From: Asterias rubens
Lineage: Eukaryota
Reading direction: 5' to 3'
Length of the DNA: 64,000 nucleotides
Assembly (NCBI RefSeq): GCF_902459465.1
Contig: NC_047074.1
Span: forward strand, 8,494,001 to 8,558,000
The position numbers were made by a program, and so were the translations under genes. This document shows positions 24,801-36,800 of this stretch, one piece after another; position 1 is the stretch's first letter, and every line of letters begins with the position of its first letter. The notes beneath the pieces were generated by a model, which was not told the origin of the DNA, made no database searches, and worked only from the letters and a program-made list of their open reading frames with translations.

Positions 24801-27800
24801 TTTCTTAAAGTCTATAAAAATAACTACTTAACACTCGGCCAAACCACCATCCAGTGGTGGAAGCAGGCACCAGCGCCACCACCCGACTGGTGGTGCCTTG
24901 TTCTGAGGATGACTAGTGAAACTAGTCGAAACGTAAACAAAATTACGTGGGTATTTGGCTGTGTTTCTTAGAAAATACATTTAATAAATTAACTATTTAG
25001 TTTTTTTCCCTAAACTTGTAAATCAAACCGGCTTGCAAAAATTTAACCTATCATCTTTAAGGCCTTGTGTACAAACCTTTTCAACTGCTGGAACAAACTG
25101 CTTAGGAATATTGGTGCCTACTGTGTCGTCATGAAACTCAATCTTGGTGTACGAATCTGAAGGGAGAGGCTAGAAATCAGATACACAACAAAAATTAATG
25201 ATTTTTTTTTAAATTGTTAAAAAAAATCTTTTGCAATGAGAAATAAAAATACAAAACTGGTTTGCGGTAACACCATGTGCCAAGTAATTTTGGTCATGAG
25301 AGAACTGTCTTACTATCTATTCTACTACCCCGGAGTATTTTTTTCCGATTTTGAGAGATTTGTCAGTTCTGAAATGTTCTGCCTTTTAATTACTACCTGG
25401 GTGGAAGGTAAAAAACCGACTGGGACTTCTACTTTGAGTTCTGTGAGTTCTTAGACGGTCTCAATGTTAAATTAAAAATTATTATAAATTTTTGATTTGG
25501 GCGGTTACTTGCACAAATTCAACAGCCACCTGTAGAAAAATTCATCTAAATATTATTATTTTATTTGCCATAACAGTACAAAACAAAATACAAGCGATAT
25601 ACCCCGAGATGGGCAAGGGACAACAACAAAAGCAAATACATACTATGATCCGTAGATCTGTTGCCCCACATCTGGGGTACACAATATATTAATATAGATT
25701 TAACATGATATAGTACACACAGCAATAATAAATTTGATAATGAACCAACACCCTCTTTTTGGTATATTATCCAGAACTTGAATGCATTCCAGTGTTATTG
25801 AAAGACAGTCATTCTTTTATTATTTCAAGAAATTTTCAGTTTACCATCAAAGCATGCATAATAGACACTCCACCTATCAAATTTCTTGACCCAACCTTAT
25901 TATGAATCATCTCTAATTTGTCACCACCATAGCCTTTGATATTCACTACACACTGTACCAAGTTACCATTGAGCTTTCTCCAGGCTATATATCCCAACCC
26001 ATTAGGTTGTGTGTGAGTACTTCAGCATGCATTATTGCACTCACTTGGTCCAAAGCCTTGGAAAGTTTTTTAACAACAGAGTTTCTGTACTCCATACAGA
26101 CTAAACCAGGCAGAACTAGGCTTTTCCCAGGCTAACCCAGCCCATGAGATTTCCGATTGGCGCTGTAGCGTGAATGATTGCATTGCGATCACACACACAC
26201 ATTTGTCACAGCCTCATTTCGACTGACCTCTATTGTTCCGATGACTTTTCCGTACTGCCCAGCTCCGCCTGACTGCTTCTTGTGAAGGAAATCAAAACTA
26301 AGAAAGACAAACAAGAAATTAAACAGCAATGTTTTATTGAAATAAACTAATATTTGTCCGCCTCCAGCTTTCACAAATAGAGAGCCACAGAGGGCGCTAT
26401 ATCAGTAACCAATAAGTACCAATAAAAACCCCAAGCATGGTTTAAAATAACAATAAGTCTTATATAGCGCACGTATCTACAAAATAAGGTATTCAAGGTG
26501 CTGAGTATATACAAACTTGAAACACTTTAGAAGAGAAAGTGAAATATAACAAGTGAATTTAAGTGTATTGTGCAGAGATGACTTTTGGCCCTTGGAAAAC
26601 AAGTAGGAACATTCTCTCAAGTACAATGGCTGATCTAAATACACACTTGGTGTAGGCTTATATAAACCCTTCAGGCAATTCAATTTTGTGTTTTGTTGCA
26701 ACATGGAGGTGTAGAAAAAGCAACATTCAACAAATGCCATTACAGTATTGTCATTTTGACCCACAAAGTCAATGCTCGCAGGAGTGTAGCTAGTTTTTCA
26801 AAACCTTCAGGTTGGGGCCTAATTTGTTGAGCGAATATTACGAATAGTTAGAAGTGCACAAATACCAAGTATATAACTAAATGATAACTTTATATAACTA
26901 AACTAACACATTATAAACAAGATTTAGTTGCATTCACATAAATTTTGTTTCCACTCAAGTAGCCGTGTTAAAAAAAGGATAAGAAAAAGAATTATGGCTC
27001 ACTCTACTGGTCGTGTGATGGACTCTCTAAAGGCCACTTTGGGTTTGCCTGTTACCACAGGACAGCTGTACTCATTACCCATCCTCTGGGCGTAGATCTC
27101 CAGGTGAAGCTCTCCCATACCAGACACGATAGTCTGCAAAATGACAAGCAAGAACAAATAATCACTGTACTATATATATTTGGTTGTGTGGTAATAGTTT
27201 CTGCTGGAAGTGAGTGATGTTGTGCATTTGTCGGAGGTCTTCAGGAAGTGAATTCCCAGAGTCTTGGTGCTATGTTGGAAAAGGCCATATCTCAGTAACT
27301 GGCCAAGCGAGTTCCAGGAACATAAAGCGTATTGCTGATAGATCTAAGGCCTGGTCTCGTCAAATAGGGTGTCAACAGATTTTGTACCAATATTGGTAAT
27401 TATCAGGAAAAAAGTTTGAATCTTATCGTTTTTTCAGCGATTGCCATTATAAATCCTTTAAGAGAATAAGCAAATTACACTGTTTGAAGCATTAAGCCTG
27501 TAACATGTGAATGAGGATGTTTGAAAATGAAAAACACTGAACATTTTTAGTAGACTAGTAGATGCATACCTCCTTGCTCTCATTGTCGAAGTGAACGGTG
27601 AATGTTGGATCTTCTCGAGTGAAACGGTTAATGGCCTTGGAGAAGTTGTCAACATCGGTCTGAGGAAGGAATGAAACATTTTTTTAAAGTTTAATTCTTG
27701 GTAATTATGAGAAACATAAATTGACACATTTAGTAAAAAAAAATGATTGTTATAGAGTTGTTATCAGGACCAATTTGGATGATTCACAGTACAGAGTAAG

Positions 27801-30800
27801 GGGTTAAATAGCAGGGAAAAAGCCCCAATAGTAGGAGGTCAACTAGCAAGAAAATTGCCCCACGAGAAGAGGGTCAACTAGTAGAAAAGTTGCCCCGAGA
27901 GTAGAGGCCAACGAGCAGGAAAATAGCCCCAGGAGTAGAGGTCAAATAGCAGGAAAGTTGTCCCAAGAATATGGTCAACTAGCAGGAATGTTGCCCCAAG
28001 AGTAGGGGGTCAACTAGTAGGAAAGTTGCCCCAAGAGTAGGGGGTTAAATAGCAGGAAAGTTGCCCCAAGAGTAGGGGTTAACTAGCAGGAACAATGCCG
28101 CAACTGTATGGGGTCAACTAGCAGGGAAGTTGCTCCAAGAGTAGGAGATCAACTAGCAGGAAAGTTGCCCAAAGAGTAGGAGATCAACTAGCAGAAAAGT
28201 TGCCCCAAGAGTAGAGGTTAACTAGCAGGAACAATGCCCCAAGCATATAGGGTCAACTAGCAGGAAAGCTATCCCATGAGTATAGGGTCAACAAGCAGGA
28301 AACATCACCCCAAGAGAAGGGGGGCAACTAACAGGAAAGTTGCCCCAAGAGTAGGGGTTAACTGGCAGGAACAATGCCCCAAGCATATAGGGTAAACTAG
28401 CAGGAAAGTTATCCCATGAGTATAGGGTCAACAAGCAGGACAAATCACCCCAAGAGAAGGGGGGCAACTAACAGGAAAGTTGCTCAAAGTTTAGGAGGTC
28501 AATTAGCAGGAAAGATAACCCTACAGTAGGGCGGGGGCACAACATATGCGAAAGTTGCCTAAAGAGTAGGGGGTCAAGAAAGAGTTGGACGAAAAACACT
28601 TTTTGTGACTCCTACCTTTTTCTGCGGCCTCATGGCAAGAGAGATGACTGGTTCAGGTACATGCATAGATTCCATGGACAACTGGAATTTAGGTCGAGAG
28701 ACGAATGTGTCACCACTGGCACAATCAATACCAAAGAGGGCGCTAATATCACCTGCGAATATCTCACTCACATCCTTGCAAAGGAGATCAAAATTCAATT
28801 GATACGACCACAATTATTCTTTCTGTAGAGATTAATCTGTACTTACACAATGTATACAAGTATTAATATCTAGAGATGGTCAATTGAAAAACATTAAGAA
28901 CTACAATAATAATTAGATGAGACATAAATAAATCAAAGGCAAATGTGAGCTGCCTATAAGGTTGGTTCAAATATGGGGCGAGTGGAATTTCTCCACAGAT
29001 TTTGGGAAAGTACCTAGTATACATGGCTTGGTGTTCTAGCAGTAAGACATCTGCTACATGTATAGCAATGCAAAAGTTGCTTGTTCGAATCCCACTAGAG
29101 AGATTTGCCAGGGGAACTTTTCACAGAACTTGATACAGTGCTTTAAATATACATCTGTGTAAGGTTAAACAAACAAAATTCTTATGATGCTGACATAATA
29201 TGACGACCTACCTCCATTTTATCTGCATGCATGCGGACAAGCCGTGACACCTTGACTTTCTTGTTTGTCCTTGTGTTATAAATATACTGCCCCTTGTTCA
29301 GATGGCCTTGGTACACTCTCATGTAGGTCAACTGACCAAATCTTCCAGCCTTTTTTTTTAGACAAATAAAAGTGCAATTAAAAACAGTTTTTAAAATGGC
29401 TGAATCAAATACTACATATTGAGAAATTTTTCCTGGTGAAGACAATATATGATATATACACAACGAATTACGTATTTGTTATTCTTAAGGTTACTGAAAT
29501 GACTTCAGGTTAATCTGGCAGGGTTCCCATTGGTAAAATGGCAGAAATCTTGTTGCGAGTTGTGATGGGTCTAAAAAAAAACTGGTGCTGGTGTAGAAGG
29601 GGTTCGCCCCGGTGTTCCTGGCTGGATTGGCAGCATATTGCGCCACAGCACCTTGTAAACCATTACATGGTGCTTAAGAATTAGGTCTTATATCTAAAAA
29701 TTCCCCCCCACTCCTGGCGCTTTGTATCCTTTGGCAAAAGGCGCATTATAAATACGGTTATTTTTAGTATTATTATTATTATTATGCTGTAATAACTCAA
29801 CATTTTGATCTGTGCTCTGATCAATTTCAGATCGTCTTCTCTTGAAGACCATCAGAGCATACTGATCAAAACGTCGAGTTGTGACACCAACAATTTCATT
29901 TAGAACAAACACACCTGATTAGACAATATTTTCAGTGTTTATGGGCTCTGCAAAAATGAGTCACAAGGTGGACAATTGACATATAGACCGTATTGAATAA
30001 CCCCTTTTTGCTATGAAAAGTCGCCAGCGTGTAGGGCAAACTGTATGCGCGTCCAAATGCGTACATCATCGAAGCACGCAGCACGCAATATTCCCGGTTT
30101 GATTTCTACGGCACATGCACGCACACACCCACACGCACAGACGCCATCTTGTAGGTCAGATATTTGAGCAGCGTGATGTCATATTCAATTGGTCTATTGG
30201 GTTTAATACGTAGCTGAAAAGAGCATTCAAGGAGCTTCATTTTGACATATCTTATACAGTTGTACTATGAACTTTTGAAAATATATTATGTCACAATCTG
30301 AAAATAACCCATACTGGGGAAATAAAAACCTCAACTATTGATGTCTAGGGGATATTGATGTCTAGGGGATGAACAAAAAGTACATGTTTTATTCACCTTT
30401 ACCGTTTTTTTCTTCAGAAAATGTAAAAAATATAGACCCTAAAGAAACATAGAACCACACAAAAAAAATTAATTAATGAAACATAGAACCACACAAAAAA
30501 AAAAATTAAATAAAATAAAATTCACCCTCTGGAAAGCGGGTTTTGCGTCAAGCGACTCATTTTTTTAGAACCTGTCACAAATATACCCCTAGGCCCTACT
30601 AAATTTCCCTCCCGTCATAGTCCTACTCATGATCTAAATTTGTGATGAAATGTGGGCAGCATACCTCAAGTTTAAAAGCGAGAGCAACAAATGGGTCGGA
30701 ATCATCTCTAGCTGGACTCATCTTTAGCTTCTCATTCTCACTGTTACATAAAAACAAAAAAATTGCTGAAGAATCAAGGAGAAATTTTGTTATTTTAAGA

Positions 30801-33800
30801 AACATTACGTTAAGCTGTTCAAAAAATTAGCAGGGTATAAAATTCCTTGTCAAAACATTTCTGACACTTTAAGTTGGATTCCAACCATTAACATTGAACA
30901 CAAATTTTTGTTGTACAATGCGTGTCGTGGCCGAGCGGTTAACCGCACTGGATTCAACCTCTGTGTTTCTGGTCAGCAGCGTGTGGGTTTGAATCCTGGT
31001 TGTGACACATGTGTCCCTATGCAAGACAATAAACCATGATGCTTCGTCCTTGGGAATGGGAAATAAAGCGGTAGCTCCCATGTGTTATTATTAACAGTAC
31101 TTATATAGCGCTATTACAAAATAAAGTCTCTAAGTGCTTCTGTGATTGAAAAGATGGATTTTAAGTTTAGATTTAAATGTTTCTAGCGTGGCACAGTCTA
31201 TGATATTGTTGGGTAGAGAGTTCCATAGTCTAGGAGAAGCATATTTGAAGGAGCGTTGACCGTAGAATTTTGTGTGAAATGGAACTGCCGTGAGAACCTT
31301 TTGAACTGGAACGAAGTTGTCGGGGAGGGTGATAGTGTTGAATTAATTCCTGGAGACAGTCTGGTGCTGATCCATTTTTGCATTTGTAGGTGAGTGTTAG
31401 GAGTTTGAAAACTATCCGTGATTTAACAGGTAGCCAGTGGAAATTGTGAAGGATTGGAGTAATGGGTTCAAGTGATCAGTAATAATAGTAAGACTTGTAA
31501 TGCGCACATTTCCACCCTGCTGGGTGTTCAAGGCACAGGTGTCTTGTGTAATGCATGTATGAAAAGGGGTTTGCCCCGGTACTTTCTGGCATGGTTGGCT
31601 GCTCAATGTGCCACAGCACCTTGAAAACTATTACTGTGTACATCCATGGTGCTATTTAAATAAGTCTAGTTCAGGAGAGTACTGAGCCAAGACGCTCTGT
31701 GCTTTTAAAAAAATTCCATTTTACTTAATCAACTAGGAGCATTATATGGCAAACTTGACTCACTCGTTGAAAGCAAAGTTGTCAACTTCAGATGGGTTTG
31801 GAAGATAGTCAATGACTGCATCCAGCAGGGGCTGCAAGAAAACATTGAAACAGGGCGGGTCAATGAGTGACACAATTTAAATAAAAGGTAGAGTTCCGAA
31901 AGAGTTTCTTTTATAAATTTTTTATATTTTTTAAATTTTTTTATATAAATTTCTTTGGGGGGAGGGGGAAATTAAATTAATTTTACCTGAACTCCTTTGT
32001 TCTTTAGAGCTGTTCCGACTAAGACTGGCGTGAAGGCCTGTTTGAGGGTCGCTCTACGGATGGCAGCCTGATTGGAAACAAAGGAAAATTACTAAAATAT
32101 CATCTGATTTTTTGTTACATATTTTAATTGATTTATTATCACTCATCTTTTTATAGCTGTTTGACATAAAATTTCGCTTTAACAGGAGCTCCAAGGTCAA
32201 TTGAGGTTCAAATTGTTAGAGAATTAAATGAAAATGGGGCAGTTACATAATAATAAATAATAATAATAGTAAGACTTGTAATGCGCACGTATCCACCCTG
32301 CTGGGTGTTCAAGGCGCAGTAAAAACCAACAACAAAAAAAAAAAAAAAAAAAAAATTAGTCCTTGAAAAACTGTGACATAAGATAAGTTTTGAGAAGAGA
32401 TTTGAATGATGTGGTACAAAGACAAGATCTAAGAATAAGTGGTAGAGAGTTCCAGATGTCCCCAATATGTGTAAACAAATCCTCAAATGTCATAACTTTT
32501 TATACACTTTCAGAAAATCCTCACCTTTATCTGGTCTTCATTTGGTTGTAACTCTTGAAGGAACATGTCGCCGAGCTCTTCATCTGCATTGGCGACACAC
32601 TCTGAAATCAAGAACAAAAACAGACAGCCACTTTAATGCGAGGGCTACCCTTAACTGATATGGGCTATCGACCCAAATCAATAGACCGATCCATTAAGCT
32701 CCGCCCCATTGCATATGCTTGGCGCGTGCGACAGAGTTGTGCAGAATGGCATTGGAGAGGCTCAATAACTCTACAATTAACACAGCGCCTCACAAGAAAA
32801 ACAAAATAACATAAGTAGAAAACAAAACAAAAGAAAAAATACTAGAGGCTCTCAGTGGGGAAACAAAAACGCTTTGACCTCAGTGTGTTCTTGCTCAAGT
32901 GGGCGGAGCCTGATGGATTGGTGTATTGTCACCAGGGGCACGTTGCCACCTACTCTAAAGGCTGAAACGGGGTTCCCCCTTCACTTTGCAGAATGCAATG
33001 CTGTAATTTATATTTTGTCTTTTTAAATGATTGAGTGTAAATAAATTGAACAATGGACTATGAACCACCTGCACAACTAATCTTTTAACTCCAGTGGCTG
33101 ATCCTCTGTGGGGCACTGAGGTCAAGTCCATTGAGAGAGAGAGAGAGAGAGCTTGGAGGGAGGAGGGGTGGGTTGAGTACTTGAAGCTACATACCAATCA
33201 TTTCCTGACGTCTGTCCTCCATCTCGGACAGCATTTCTTGTGGAACGTCTGCAAATCTGATATTCTGTCTGTAGGATGCAAAAGAGGGAAATCGCAAAAA
33301 TTGAAATTAACAACAATTTAATTTCCACTACCCTCCATCCTATGTTCAACAATTTGATCAGGCATGGAATTACATGCAGACGACAGAGCCCATGGCCTCT
33401 GTTGCCCCTGGTCTTGGCCTTGATGCCCTGTCAAAAGTTTCCAATTGACAGTAAGATTTTCCAGTTGAAGTGCCCTTTTCAAAATAAGAATCGCATGGGC
33501 CTTTCAACATGTTCAAAGATGAAACTCCAGGCCTGTTTGATTGCTTGATGCTTTCAAAAGTGAACAGACTGATCCATTGACCCTTTTAAGAAGTTTTTCG
33601 GGGGAATAATCTCACTGACTTACCCCTGTTCTCCATCGAACAAGATCGCTCGTCTGTGGACGAGGTCTACCACACCTTTACACTTGGACTCCAGTCCGAT
33701 GGGGAGCTGCAGAAAGGCAGCGTTGTGGTTCAGCTTGGCTCGGAGCTGAGACAAGACGCGGTTTGGATTGGCGTTCAGTCTGGATAAGGTGTCATAAAAA

Positions 33801-36800
33801 ACAATGAATCTTGGTGTGTTTGTACTTCACAGAAAATGAAGAAAAACAAACAGAAACTGGAAACAGTCTTCTTGGACAAAAGATGAAGAAACTAACAGAC
33901 TTTCTTTGCCTCTCAGGAGAAATTGACATTAGCATAATCTGATAAGCACAATATTGACACCACAAGCACACAGCACAAATGGATTTTGCAACCCAACCTC
34001 TCCAGGATAGCAGCAATGTTTTTAGAGAGTGTTCAAGGATCAAGATCAAACTTTCCCTTTATATTCACCAACCTGTCTAGTTTGTTAATGAAAGCAAGTC
34101 GAGGCACATTGTATCTCCTCATCTGTCTGTTGACGGTGAAGGTCTGGCTTTGGACTCCCCCGACCGCACAGAGTACAAGCACAGCACCATCTAGTACGCG
34201 CAACGCTCTCTCCACTTCCACAGTGAAGTCAACATGACCTAGACAGAAAACAAATGGAATATGTAGAGTAGCAAGATACCGGAAACTTATAACAAAATTA
34301 TTTTACTTATTTATTTCTTATTTATCCTGGAGAAACCTCTCAGTGACACACTGTTTTTCAGAGGTGCCCAGCAACTACAAACAAACCAAATAAGATTTGT
34401 AAAATTATTATCAAACATTCAAATTTTAAAATTATTACAACAACAATCTTATGTGTCACTCAGAGCAATTGTCTGTTTGCTTCATGTTTGAAAGGGCGAG
34501 GGCACCAAGGCATTTTCTACTTGATTAAAGGCACCCTATGACGAAATTGTACATTTCTACAGGAGCATTTTAAAGGCACCAAGGCAATGAACAGAGGGCA
34601 TCATCGCAATCCCGTTCATTGCCTCCATGAAGTATCAGGACTGCTGTGACTGTGTTGATATTCTGGTTCTGATCAGTTATAAGAAACGATACTTTTATGT
34701 TACATTTTGTCGAATTTCTAAAACTAAGACATTCAAGGCAGAACATCGGAATAGATAACAATTTTGACTCACAATTTTCGTTCTAATTTTTTGATTTTCA
34801 TTCCAAGATTCTTCTGCTTTTAGTCAAATTTTCATTTTGCAAAGTCGGATTCCTGGCAAAGTTTTGAATAATCTGGGAACGAAAATCATAAGAAGTTTCC
34901 AAAATTTTTTAATAAAATTTTCATAATTGAAAGCTTGGATTTCTGAAGAAAAAAAAAACCCAGAAGAATCTTAACCTTGGTAAGTTATGGGTGAAGCCAA
35001 AATCACACTTGTTTTTCCTAAAGCAATCATTAGCCTAAATCTATTAAAGGTAAGGTAATAGATTGGTGATAACTCCAGAAATGAATGACCGGGACTCGAA
35101 TCCAAACTCTAGACCAGGACACTCTCTTTGGCCATTTGCATGATGAGTGTAGACAAACACTTCCATGAAATGGATAAAATATTGAGTTGGTCTGAGGTTG
35201 GTTCAAACCCTACCTGGGGTGTCGATGATATTAACAGAGTAATCTTTCCATTCAACGTGAGTAGCTGCTGACTGTATGGTGATGCCTCTCTGGCGTTCTA
35301 GCTCCATCGAGTCCATGGTAGCGCCTACATTGTCCTTTCCCTTCACCTGAAAATTCATTCAAATTATCTTAAATAGGAAGTTTGAAACAAGACGTCATTG
35401 GATTTTAAAGACAGTGGACACTATTGGTAATTGTCAAAGACTAGTCTTCACAGTTGGTGTATCTCAACATATGCATAAAATAACAAACCTGTGAAAATTT
35501 GAGCTCACTCGGTCGTCGAAGTTGCGAGATAAAAATAAAAGAAAAAACTCCCTTGTCAACTGTAGTTGTGTGCTTTCTGATGCTTGATTTTGAGACCTAA
35601 AATTCATGGAAAATTACTTCTTTCTCAAAAACTACGTCACTTCAGAGGGAGCTGTTTCTCACAATGTTTTATACCATCAACCTCTCCCCATTACTTGTAA
35701 TCAAGAGTAATTACCAAAAATGTCCACTGCCTTTAACAACCAATGGGTCTTTACATTCCAGTGAATGATTTCATTGTGTCCACTGAATGCTAATATTGAG
35801 TAGCTAATGGAGATTTCTGAGTAGCAACTGTAACATTTTGTGTAGCATTTTGCTCTGCTATACAAGGGAAAACGTTCACTGTATTCAGCGCCGGGGGTGG
35901 GGGGGGGGGGGAAGGGTGGAAGAGAAGTTGGTAGCATAAATATTGCTTCTAAGTAAGCATACTGTTAAGGTTGATCTTTAGACAATGAATAGTGCTGCAT
36001 GCAGGAAAGTTAACTTATAGAATTAGGCCTATGGGTTTCTAACTTTTAGTACAAGGTGTTTTGGTCAGGGAAATCGGGTTAGACTGGCGTAGGATGGGTT
36101 CCAGTATGTAGAGTAAAAGCCGAGTTTGAACTGGGTTTCACTGGGCGTGACTGGGTGTCACAGCTAGACCCATGGAAGATGATTGAAATTGTTATTTTGT
36201 ATGTTCTGTGTACACTAAATTAAGGGCCATGATTTGCTTCTGTAAATAAATGCTGATGGAGGTGCTACTGTGCAAGTGCTACTGCAGGCGCTACTGTGCA
36301 GCACCTGCTGTGTTTGGTTGTAAATAGTTTTGGCAGGTGTGCAAGCGCTACTGTGCAGCACCTGCTGTGTTTGGTTGTAAATAGTTTTGGCAGGTGTGCA
36401 AGCGCTACTGTGCAGCACCTGCTGTGTTTGGTTGTAAATAGTTTTGGCAGGTGTGCAAGCGCTACTGTGCAGCACCTGCTGTGTTTGGTTGTAAATAGTT
36501 TTGGCAGGTGTGCAAGCGCTACTGTGCAGCACCTGCTGTGTTTGGTTGTAAATAGTTTTGGCAGGTGTGCAAGCGCTACTGTGCAGCACCTGCTGTGTTT
36601 GGTTGTAAATAGTTTTGGCAGGTGTGCAAGCGCTACTGTGCAGCACCTGCTGTGTTTGGTTGTAAATAGTTTTGGCAGGTGTGCAAGCGCTACTGTGCAG
36701 CACCTGCTGTGTTTGGTTGTAAATAGTTTTGGCAGGTGTGCGAGCGCTACTGTGCAGAACCTGCTGTGTTTGGTTGTAAATAGTTTTGGCAGGTGTGCAA

